IMG/VR virus record: IMGVR_UViG_3300046694_000587
DNA length: 17,756 bases
Source: a virus
Lineage: Duplodnaviria; Heunggongvirae; Uroviricota; Caudoviricetes
Reading direction: 5' to 3' (one strand)
The notes beneath the pieces were generated by a model. That model was not told where the DNA came from and ran no database searches. It saw nothing but the letters and a program-made list of their open reading frames with translations. Position numbers and translations under genes: made by a program. Shown here piece by piece: positions 5,644 to 13,539 of the stretch. Numbering within the stretch: position 1 is the first letter of the stretch; every line of letters begins with the position of its first letter.

Positions 5644-8600
5644 ATGAACTCTCCAGCTCTGCTCGCCGGTCTCCTGGCCTATATCGAAGAGGTCGAGCGC
5701 CTCAACAAGACACCTTCGTTCAAGGTGCCCGCCGACGTGCTCGCACTGCCAAGTGCCGACCTGGCCGGGCTTCCTGGGGTGTCGACCGACCTTGAGCAGG
5801 ACGGCGCGGTGTGGCTCTCGGTTCCGCGGATGCAGGAAGTTGGCGTGCCGGCGCTACCCGCGCAGCTCAAGCCGTGCGTGACCGTCAGCGCAAATCCTGG
5901 CGTGGCTCCCGTGTTCGCCGTACCGGAACTCGATGCAGATGACGAGCCGTACGACGCATCGGAAGTAGTCGCACTGCAGGACGACTTCGAGGACTATCTC
6001 GAAGAACAATGGCGCCCCTGGTCGGTAACAGAGCTCCCGCGCCGCCGGACCATCGCGCTCTACAAGGCGCTTTTCTCGCTGCATCAGAAGATGGCTAGCG
6101 AAAGTGAGATGCCGCTCGAGCTGGTGTGGGGTATGGGCGTAGCCACCTGGGCACACCCCGGCGGCAAGGAAGTTCAGCATCCGCTTCTGAGCCAGGCCTG
6201 CTTTATCGAACTGGACAAGAATTCTTTCGTGCTTTCCGTCCGGCCGCGTGACGTGGAGCCGCAGGCTGAGCTTGACTGCTACGTAGAGCTTGAAGTCGCC
6301 GGTGTGCGGGAGACCGAAGCCTACTGGAACCAACGCCGCGCGCTGGGTTTGCAGGTCAATCCGTTCCAGCCTGACACTTTCGTCGACATTCTGCGAACGG
6401 CGGTGGGCTATCTGGACCCGGAAGGCGCACTGCTCGAGGCAGGTGCGGCCGCGCGTCCGGGTGCGCACCTCGCGGTTACACCCGACTGGGTTCTATTCGC
6501 GCGCAAACGCTCGGCGGACGTGTTTGTCGCCGACGTGCGTCGCTTTCAGGTTGAAGTCGCCAAAGGCGAGAGCATCCCCGGTGTCATTGAATCCTTCGTG
6601 TCCGATGCCGATGACTCTGTCCACTCGGCGCAGCCTGTCGCGTACCGTGGACTCAGCAGCAGCTCGTTAGAGAGTGGCGTGCAGGAACTCTACTTTCCGT
6701 TGCCCTACAACGAAGAACAGGTCGACGTCATCAGCAAGCTCGACCATAGCGAAGGCGTCGTGGTGCAGGGTCCGCCGGGAACCGGTAAAACGCACACCAT
6801 TGCGAACGTGATTTCACATTATCTTGCGCTGGGCAAACGCGTTCTCGTAACGTCAAAGGGCGACACCGCGCTCTCAGTGCTTCAGGAGAAGCTGCCCGAG
6901 GGTATTCGGGACCTGAGCGTCGCGCTCCTCGCCAATGAACGCGAGGGCATGAAGCAGTTCGAGCATTCGATTCAGCAGATTGCCGCACGCGTGGCGTCCC
7001 TCCGACCGATGGAGCTGGAACTCCATATCCGGCAGCTGGAGAGCATGCTTGAGCACACACACGCGAAGATTGCATCGCTCGATGCCGACATCGCGGCGTT
7101 CGCGAGCCGAAATGCTGCCGTCTACCTGATGCAAGACGGCAAGGAATACTCGGCTGAATCGCTGGCCCGACTTGCTGTGCTGGCTGAAACGCGCTACGCC
7201 TGGTTTACAGACTCGGTTCGTCGGTTCGCCGAGCCGCCGTTCAGCGACGCTGATGCTGATGCGTTGCGTGCTGCGCGTCGCACGCTCGGCGACAATCTCC
7301 GTCATGTTGGTGCGACGCTTCCCGACGTCGAAACGCTGCCGGCGTGGCCGACCTTGCTTAGCCACCGTGACAATCTGCTGCGTGGGCGGGAACTGGGCCA
7401 GAAGGTAGCGGTGGGCGAACTCCCAGTGCTTCGGGCCGCGCAAGGTGCCCCGTCGGTGGCAGAGGCGTTGCAGGTAGTCCAGGCGGCTTTGACTACTTTG
7501 CGCGCGATTCCCGGCGAGGTCTTCGAGCGCGTAAAGGCGTTGTTCTCGTCGGCACATGTGCTGGTCCAGCAGTTCAGGATTTACGTGAGGTCACTCAACG
7601 ACCTGGAATTGCTCCGCCAGGCGCAGCTTGTGGCAGCCGTGGTCCTCCCGGACGCTGCTGAGCGAAATACCGAATTTGCCAGCGCAGTCGCGCGTCTTTC
7701 GGCAGGCAAGTCAGCGTTCGCATTCGGGACAGGCCTGCTTGGTAAAGACTCGGTCAAAGCGCTACTCAAGCGTTGTCAGGTTCTCGGTCGTGACCCTGCA
7801 TCCGCGAAAGAGTGGCGGGACGTTCAGGATGAGATGAAGTGGCGAATGGCGGTTTCCGCCATGATTGCCCGTTGGAACACGGTCTGTCCCGAGCTCGGAC
7901 TTCCCGTTGCGAGCCAGGACGTCGCCCTAGGCTTCCGCGAAGTCTCAACGCACCTGGGGGCTATCGGTCGGGCAATCAATTTTTTCGATGTCCATTTGAC
8001 AGTCACCCAGGTGCACGCGCGCGGACTGTTTGGCCCGTTGATTCCCGACCTGTCGACTGAGGCAGGCTTGAGCCGGCTCGAGGCGGCCATTCAGGCGCAC
8101 GTTGAGCTGAGCCAGCTCGCAGAAAACGGCAAACGCGTGGAGGCCTTCCGACAGGTTCTCGAGCAGTGTCGCGGGACGGTGGTCGACGACATGCGGCATT
8201 TCATGTCGGTTCGGCTCGGCGCCGCAGGCGAGGACCCGGTCGTGCTCGCGGATGTCTGGCTGAAGTTGGCTACGCAGGTTCAGGAGCTTACGGCGGTCTC
8301 GCGCGAGCTCGCGTTGGTGGGCTCCGCCTCGGAGGCCCTGGAAGCCCAAGGCCTGCCGCAATGGGCCTCGCGACTCCGTAGTGAAGTTGTCGCCGGCGAC
8401 GATACTGCGTTGCCACCGGACTGGCATGACGCATGGAACAGCAAGGTGGCGAGCGCCATACTGGACGAAATCGACGGCCACGACCGACTCCGCGCGTTGT
8501 TCCTCGAGCGCACGGAGCAAACTGCGGCGCTCGCGCGTACGTATCGCGAGCTGGTGGCCGACCGGGCATGGCTCGGTGTGTATCGCAATTCGACGGAAAG

Positions 8601-10041
8601 AACGAAGCAGGCGCTCCAGTCGTTCCTCAACTCCATTCAGGCGATGGGTGCCGGCACCGGCGTGCGCGCCGTGCGTCACCGCCGCGCCGCGCGCGAGGCG
8701 ATGGAGAAGGCCTACCTGTCCGTGCCTTGCTGGGTGCTCCCGCAGTGGCGAATTTCTGAAACGCTCCCGGCGGAAATGGGCCTGTTCGACCTCGTCATCA
8801 TCGACGAAGCTTCGCAGTCGGACATCTCGTCGCTGCCCGCCATCCTGCGTGGCAAGAAGCTGCTCGTCGTGGGTGACCACAAGCAGGTGTCGCCGTCCGC
8901 GGTCGGTGTCTCGGAAGGCAAGATAACCGCGGCATACGAGCGCCTGCTCAAGGACCAGCCGCATGGTGCTCACATGACAGCGGACAAGTCCATCTACGAC
9001 CTCGCCCGCGTGGTGTTTGCGGGTCAGTCCGTGATGCTGAAGGAACATTTCCGCTGCGTTCCCGAAATCATCGAGTATTCGAACCGCGAGTACTACAACG
9101 GCGAGATTCGTGCACTGCGCATTCCGCGCGAGGACGAACGGCTCGACCCGCCGCTGGTGGATGTTTTCGTGCAAGGTGGCAATCGCACCGGCGACAAGAA
9201 CGTGCCGGAGGCGAAAGCCATCGTCGACGAAATCGAAGACATCATCCAGAACCCCGATATGGCTGGCCGGAGCATCGGCGTGGTTACGCTGCTGGGTAGC
9301 GAACAGGCGCGGCTAATCAGCGAGATGATTAGCACGCGTATCCCGCCAGAAGACATCGTCGGGCGGGACATCGTGGTCGGGCAGCCGGCTGCATTCCAGG
9401 GCCGCGAGCGTGACGTCATCCTGCTTTCGATGGTGACTGCCCCGGGCGACCGGAGCCTGTCGTCAGCGCTATCGCAACAGCAGCGATTGAACGTCGCCAT
9501 GTCCCGCGCGCGCGACCGCATGTACCTGTTCCGCTCCGTGCCTGACATCTACTTCCCGGCCGAGAGCCCGAGCGGCAGGTTGATGGCTCATTTCCGGCAA
9601 CCATATCGCGACGTGCCGGAGCAGGCGGCTAATCTGCGCGAGCGCTGCGAGTCTGCGTTTGAGCGTGAGGTGTTCGACGAATTGGCAGGCCGCGGTTATC
9701 GGCTCAACCCTCAGGTCCGTACCGGAGGCTATCGTATCGACATTGTGGTCGAAGGTGCGAACGGCAAGCGACTTGCTATCGAATGCGATGGCGACCGGTT
9801 CCACGGTGCGGAGAAGTGGGCGGACGACATGGCTCGTCAACGCGTCCTCGAACGGGCGGGCTGGACCTTCTGGCGCTGTTTTGCCTCAAGCTTCACGCGC
9901 CGTCGGCATGAAGTCCTGCTCGACCTGCTCAACACACTGGGCGCAATGGGTATCGAGCCGCTCGGCGAAACTCACGTCGCAGCCACCATGGTCGAGCATC
10001 GAAGCGTAGACCCAATGTGGATTACGCGCGAAGCGGCCTGA
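5644..10041 (+). CDS. SF1 (UPF1/DNA2/NAM7-like) helicase fused to a C-terminal Vsr/DUF559-like PD-(D/E)XK nuclease, ~1,465 aa
   Basis: Walker A QGPPGTGKT, Walker B VIIDEASQ, VGDHKQ, LKEHFRC, FQGRERD, RLNVAMSRAR; a ~600-aa helical insert between motifs Ia and II; tail ESAFE...YRIDIVV...LAIECDGDRFH...RQRVLERAGWTFWR. Confidence 0.88.
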   Translation: MNSPALLAGLLAYIEEVERLNKTPSFKVPADVLALPSADLAGLPGVSTDLEQDGAVWLSVPRMQEVGVPALPAQLKPCVTVSANPGVAPVFAVPELDADDEPYDASEVVALQDDFEDYLEEQWRPWSVTELPRRRTIALYKALFSLHQKMASESEMPLELVWGMGVATWAHPGGKEVQHPLLSQACFIELDKNSFVLSVRPRDVEPQAELDCYVELEVAGVRETEAYWNQRRALGLQVNPFQPDTFVDILRTAVGYLDPEGALLEAGAAARPGAHLAVTPDWVLFARKRSADVFVADVRRFQVEVAKGESIPGVIESFVSDADDSVHSAQPVAYRGLSSSSLESGVQELYFPLPYNEEQVDVISKLDHSEGVVVQGPPGTGKTHTIANVISHYLALGKRVLVTSKGDTALSVLQEKLPEGIRDLSVALLANEREGMKQFEHSIQQIAARVASLRPMELELHIRQLESMLEHTHAKIASLDADIAAFASRNAAVYLMQDGKEYSAESLARLAVLAETRYAWFTDSVRRFAEPPFSDADADALRAARRTLGDNLRHVGATLPDVETLPAWPTLLSHRDNLLRGRELGQKVAVGELPVLRAAQGAPSVAEALQVVQAALTTLRAIPGEVFERVKALFSSAHVLVQQFRIYVRSLNDLELLRQAQLVAAVVLPDAAERNTEFASAVARLSAGKSAFAFGTGLLGKDSVKALLKRCQVLGRDPASAKEWRDVQDEMKWRMAVSAMIARWNTVCPELGLPVASQDVALGFREVSTHLGAIGRAINFFDVHLTVTQVHARGLFGPLIPDLSTEAGLSRLEAAIQAHVELSQLAENGKRVEAFRQVLEQCRGTVVDDMRHFMSVRLGAAGEDPVVLADVWLKLATQVQELTAVSRELALVGSASEALEAQGLPQWASRLRSEVVAGDDTALPPDWHDAWNSKVASAILDEIDGHDRLRALFLERTEQTAALARTYRELVADRAWLGVYRNSTERTKQALQSFLNSIQAMGAGTGVRAVRHRRAAREAMEKAYLSVPCWVLPQWRISETLPAEMGLFDLVIIDEASQSDISSLPAILRGKKLLVVGDHKQVSPSAVGVSEGKITAAYERLLKDQPHGAHMTADKSIYDLARVVFAGQSVMLKEHFRCVPEIIEYSNREYYNGEIRALRIPREDERLDPPLVDVFVQGGNRTGDKNVPEAKAIVDEIEDIIQNPDMAGRSIGVVTLLGSEQARLISEMISTRIPPEDIVGRDIVVGQPAAFQGRERDVILLSMVTAPGDRSLSSALSQQQRLNVAMSRARDRMYLFRSVPDIYFPAESPSGRLMAHFRQPYRDVPEQAANLRERCESAFEREVFDELAGRGYRLNPQVRTGGYRIDIVVEGANGKRLAIECDGDRFHGAEKWADDMARQRVLERAGWTFWRCFASSFTRRRHEVLLDLLNTLGAMGIEPLGETHVAATMVEHRSVDPMWITREAA

Positions 10042-10060
10042 GTGTTGCCCGCAAAATCAT

Positions 10061-10087
10061 AAAGCGCCCACGACTGGGCGCTTTTTT
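10061..10087 (+). terminator. Rho-independent terminator of the helicase gene
   Basis: AAAGCGCCCA-CGAC-TGGGCGCTTT running into a T6 tract. Confidence 0.85.
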
Positions 10088-10113
10088 ACGTTCAAGACAG
10101 TGTGCTCCATAAG

Positions 10114-10143
10114 AAAAAAACCGGCCTGAAGAACAGGCCGGTT
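10114..10143 (-). terminator. Rho-independent terminator of the kinase gene
   Basis: AACCGGCCTG-AAGAA-CAGGCCGGTT with an A7 run (10114-10120), 4 nt past the stop at 10148. Confidence 0.85.
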
Positions 10144-10147
10144 GAGG

Positions 10148-10774
10148 TCATTGCTGGTCGTTGAAAGCAAGAGTTCCGTCGAGGATGACATCGTTGAAAA
10201 TCAGCTCATCCGTACCGCGAACCATGAGGTTTGCGCGATGGAAATCCAGGCACAGGTCGTTGTAATTCCAGACCATACGGAGGATGTCTTCAAATGCTTC
10301 CCGAAGACTTTCCGGCAGGTCCGTTCTGTCCTTCAATTGCTCAAGCGCGGCCGCCGAACGAAGCGACGTTCGATGCGCGCGACTTCCGCGCACCGTAGCC
10401 TTCGAGATAACTTCTCGACTGTTGAAGCACTGCTCCACAGCAGCAAGCACGGTGCGAGCCAGTTTCCTGGTTGCCGCATCAGCTTCGCGCAAGGACCTCA
10501 GGCGTTCGGTCTTGAACATGTAGAGGTCGACATCGCCCTTGTACTGCACCCCTACGTGGCCCTCGTTCGCCAGCAGCTTTGGAAAATGCACGCCGCCAAA
10601 ATAGTCGCGTACCGATTCGAGCTGGATGGGGTCCGTCGTAAGTTTGATGACCGCGTCCGGACCGTCTTCGTACACTGCACAAAATTGCCCCTTACCAATC
10701 CGGCGCGACGCCGTCAGATTGAATCGGTTGAGAACAGCGCGAGTGCCCCAGTCGTTGAGTTTTATGAGAGCCAT
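10148..10774 (-). CDS. Minimal protein-kinase-like enzyme resembling the T7 gp0.7 kinase domain, 208 aa
   Basis: Gly loop IGKGQFCAVY, beta3 lysine VIK, catalytic loop LDFHRANLM (DxHxxN), Mg-binding FND; RBS AAGGA 6 nt before ATG; own terminator. Confidence 0.72.
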   Translation of the reverse strand: MALIKLNDWGTRAVLNRFNLTASRRIGKGQFCAVYEDGPDAVIKLTTDPIQLESVRDYFGGVHFPKLLANEGHVGVQYKGDVDLYMFKTERLRSLREADAATRKLARTVLAAVEQCFNSREVISKATVRGSRAHRTSLRSAAALEQLKDRTDLPESLREAFEDILRMVWNYNDLCLDFHRANLMVRGTDELIFNDVILDGTLAFNDQQ

Positions 10775-10859
10775 GATATTTCCTTGATTTCAGTTGAACA
10801 CTCTTCGTATAGCTCGAAGATGTGTTCGACCTTCCTCAGCCAGGTATGGGCGCGCAAAC

Positions 10860-10887
10860 TTGGATTATGGCGTTTTTGTGGTATACT
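10860..10887 (+). promoter_or_regulatory. Putative sigma70 extended -10 promoter for the repeat-protein/Nudix genes
   Basis: TTGGAT (10860-10865), 16 bp, TATACT (10882-10887) preceded by TG-G. Confidence 0.5.
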
Positions 10888-10925
10888 ATGATTTATACCT
10901 TTAGTTGTTAACCAAATCGACAGAA

Positions 10926-12542
10926 ATGAAGTCTTCAGACGCTGAGCTGTATCGAAGCGCGCAAGTGGAGGCGGCTAGACATGGGGCGACGTTTGCGGGC
11001 CCGGCAGCCACCTACAAATACGGCGTGTTCCGCCTTGCCGATGGGCGGGAAATCGAGATGCACCTCCATCATGTGCGCGCAGGAAAATGGCCAAAGGACA
11101 TTGACCACTTCCTGCGCCGCCAGGCCACCAGTCGCGGCCGCAACCAGGACCGGATGCTGACCCGGCTGCTGGAGCTCGCCCAGCAAGGCAATGCTCGGCT
11201 GCTGGATGAGCACTGGGGTGGCCCCCACCACTGGCACTCGTTCCAGATTCCCGATGGCCGCGTCGTGAAAATTCGCGGCAGCAAGCTCATCACTTCGGGT
11301 TGGCCCAAGGACATCGACGTCTACCTGGAATGGAGCAACGCGCGCCGCCAAACCTCCGGCGATTCGAAGAGCAGGGCGGACCTGTTCGACGAGTTCAAGA
11401 GCGAAGTCGAGCGTAACAACGCCGTTGTGCTGTCATCAGAGTGGCTCGGCGCGCGCAAGCTGCACGACGTTCTCCTCAGCGACGGCACGGTCCGGAAAAT
11501 CAAGCCGAATCAGATGAAATACTTCGGCTGGCCGGCAGTGCCGCTCGACGAGCTTCGCAAAATGGCCGCGCCGTACCCGGTTCACATCATGCCGGACACC
11601 GCGGACAAGGAAATCCAGATTTTCCGCATCACAGTCAGCGGCGGCGTCTATATCGAGGGCAGCTTCGCCGAACTCAAGACGCAATGGGCCGAAAACGCTC
11701 CCGGACAGATTTCGGACGCGGTGCAATGGGCTGAAGCAGAAGGCTGGCGCATGGTCCCCGCGAAGTGGCAAGGCATCCTGGCCGAGTATGAGTTCGTTAC
11801 GGCGATGGATGTCCAGGTGTGGAGCGCGCTTCCCGCGGCTGCCGCCTTCGAAGCGCGACGGCTCAATGATGCTGAGCTTGCCAAGCTCCGGCGCATCGGC
11901 ACCATGCACGGAGCGCGGTTGTTGTCGGCCGCGTTCGCCGGGAAGGATGCGAACTACGCATGGGAAAAGGATGGCGGGGTCATCTCGTCGACCGCGCAGC
12001 AGCTTATCGACGCCTCGCGTGCCCAGGCCAAGTTCGACACCCTCAGGGCACGCGTGCGGGACATCGGTCTTCAGGCTGAACTGTTGTCTACCCATTGGGA
12101 GGGAATGTGCGCGCCTTATAACTGGCGCCTGGCCACTGGCAGCGAGATTACCGCCAAATTCTCGCAGCTGCGCCTGCTCGCGCGCAAACAGGCGGACGCC
12201 GATGGCGTTGCATGGAAAGCGCTCCGTACGCGAAGTGACGAAGCGAAGGTATTTCAGACGGGAGCAGGCGACCAGGCGCTCGAGGTGTTGCGCGATTGGG
12301 CGGACGGTGTTGGCATCAAGCTGTTGAGCACGGACTGGGTAGACCCAGGTGCGAGCTACGAGTGGGCCTTGCCGGATGGAACGGTAGTCGCGGCGTCGCT
12401 CAAGAAGGTTCGTAACTGCACGCGAGCGGTCCTCCGACAGCGAGTTGGCCTGGTGGTCGATGTACCAGAAGAAGAGGCGGTCTTGACCAAGGAAGACTGC
12501 CCGACATTGCTGGAGCGTATCGCCACCAGCAAGTCTCGATAA
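10926..12542 (+). CDS. Hypothetical protein built from about seven 40-50 aa repeats resembling Cys-less zinc-ribbon modules
   Basis: Recurrent pattern G-x-x-L-L-S-x-x-W-x-G...[YH]-x-[WF]-x-L-x-D-G; WPKDID occurs twice. ATG 10926 is preferred over TTG 10905, though the RBS is weak. Confidence 0.7.
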   Translation: MKSSDAELYRSAQVEAARHGATFAGPAATYKYGVFRLADGREIEMHLHHVRAGKWPKDIDHFLRRQATSRGRNQDRMLTRLLELAQQGNARLLDEHWGGPHHWHSFQIPDGRVVKIRGSKLITSGWPKDIDVYLEWSNARRQTSGDSKSRADLFDEFKSEVERNNAVVLSSEWLGARKLHDVLLSDGTVRKIKPNQMKYFGWPAVPLDELRKMAAPYPVHIMPDTADKEIQIFRITVSGGVYIEGSFAELKTQWAENAPGQISDAVQWAEAEGWRMVPAKWQGILAEYEFVTAMDVQVWSALPAAAAFEARRLNDAELAKLRRIGTMHGARLLSAAFAGKDANYAWEKDGGVISSTAQQLIDASRAQAKFDTLRARVRDIGLQAELLSTHWEGMCAPYNWRLATGSEITAKFSQLRLLARKQADADGVAWKALRTRSDEAKVFQTGAGDQALEVLRDWADGVGIKLLSTDWVDPGASYEWALPDGTVVAASLKKVRNCTRAVLRQRVGLVVDVPEEEAVLTKEDCPTLLERIATSKSR

Positions 12543-12614
12543 GGGTTTTGAGCGGCACAAAACGGGGCCGGTCACGCTATACAAAATGACGTGACCGACA
12601 CCTTTGGAGCCTTC

Positions 12615-13241
12615 ATGACCAGCCAATCCTGGACCGACGACGCAACCCGCGGCGCGACGGTTCAAAAAAGCCTTCTCTCCAGGAAAGAAGGCTTTTTTTC
12701 GAGCAATCCCCATCTGGTAGCAGGAGAACTCATTGAGACTCCGTTGAATACTTTGTCGGTCGTATTGCTTGAGCTATGTGACCGTTCGCGCAGTCGCTGG
12801 GTTCTCATCGAGCAGGACCCGGGGACTGCGGACTCGAGTCGATGGAAGTTTCCTGGCGGCCGCATCTCGCCAGGTGTGATGCCGCTCCAGGTTGCAGTCC
12901 GTTCGGTCACCGAAAACATCTGTCTTCTGGAGGAGGGCCTCCCCGTCAGCTGGAGCGGCCTGCAGTATTCGGTCTTGAGCGTCGGTGTCGAATGGCTTAC
13001 TGAACTCTGTCTGGCGAACGACGAATCTCCGGACTGCGAGAACTCCCTCGTTTTTTTCTACCATGCGCGCCTTCACGTTTCTGATGTGAATCAGGTCGAG
13101 CTCGTTGATTTGAAATCAACGCGCGGGCGGCGCGTGCTGCTCACTGGCATGCTCGGCATCCAGAACCTCATCAGCGATGCGGCCCTTTGTTCGGCAAGCG
13201 CACAACTGTGGCAGGGATACTGGCGGTCCCGCACTGCCTGA
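12615..13241 (+). CDS. Nudix-fold protein with a degenerate Nudix box
   Basis: WVLIEQ...WKFPGGRISPGVMPLQVAVRSVTENICL aligns with GX5EX7REUXEEXGU. GGAG lies 5 nt before ATG 12615 (track start GTG 12591). Confidence 0.6.
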   Translation: MTSQSWTDDATRGATVQKSLLSRKEGFFSSNPHLVAGELIETPLNTLSVVLLELCDRSRSRWVLIEQDPGTADSSRWKFPGGRISPGVMPLQVAVRSVTENICLLEEGLPVSWSGLQYSVLSVGVEWLTELCLANDESPDCENSLVFFYHARLHVSDVNQVELVDLKSTRGRRVLLTGMLGIQNLISDAALCSASAQLWQGYWRSRTA

Positions 13242-13539
13242 GAATCAACTCTAGAATTTCCCTAAACTTTTTGTGGCTTTTGCCGTAAACGCACACAGCC
13301 GGCTTACTCAGTCGGCTGGTCGTTGTACGGCAATTTTTGCCAAAACAGTTGCAAGTCCGTACGCTGACAAATTTTTACAATGACGCCCGTCGCTGGGTAC
13401 GCGGCTCTCGAAGCAAGTTGAAAGCATCGGGAGCGATAGGTAAATTAGAAGGCAAAATAAATCGAAGTCGGTGCGGAGAATCGTGGACGCTGGCTTAATG
13501 TCGAGCCCCGTTGAGATGTCGTTGCCGCAGGGATGTTGC

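Noticed and set aside
7945-9174. 409-aa antisense ORF inside the helicase gene
   Set aside because: Shadow frame of a GC-rich gene; no motifs or RBS, Arg/His-rich composition.
10142-10891. 249-aa plus-strand ORF opposite the kinase
   Set aside because: The kinase strand has the motifs, RBS and terminator; this ORF starts inside a terminator hairpin.
11436-12713. 425-aa antisense ORF over the repeat-protein gene
   Set aside because: No recognisable domain; the opposite strand has the repeat structure and promoter.
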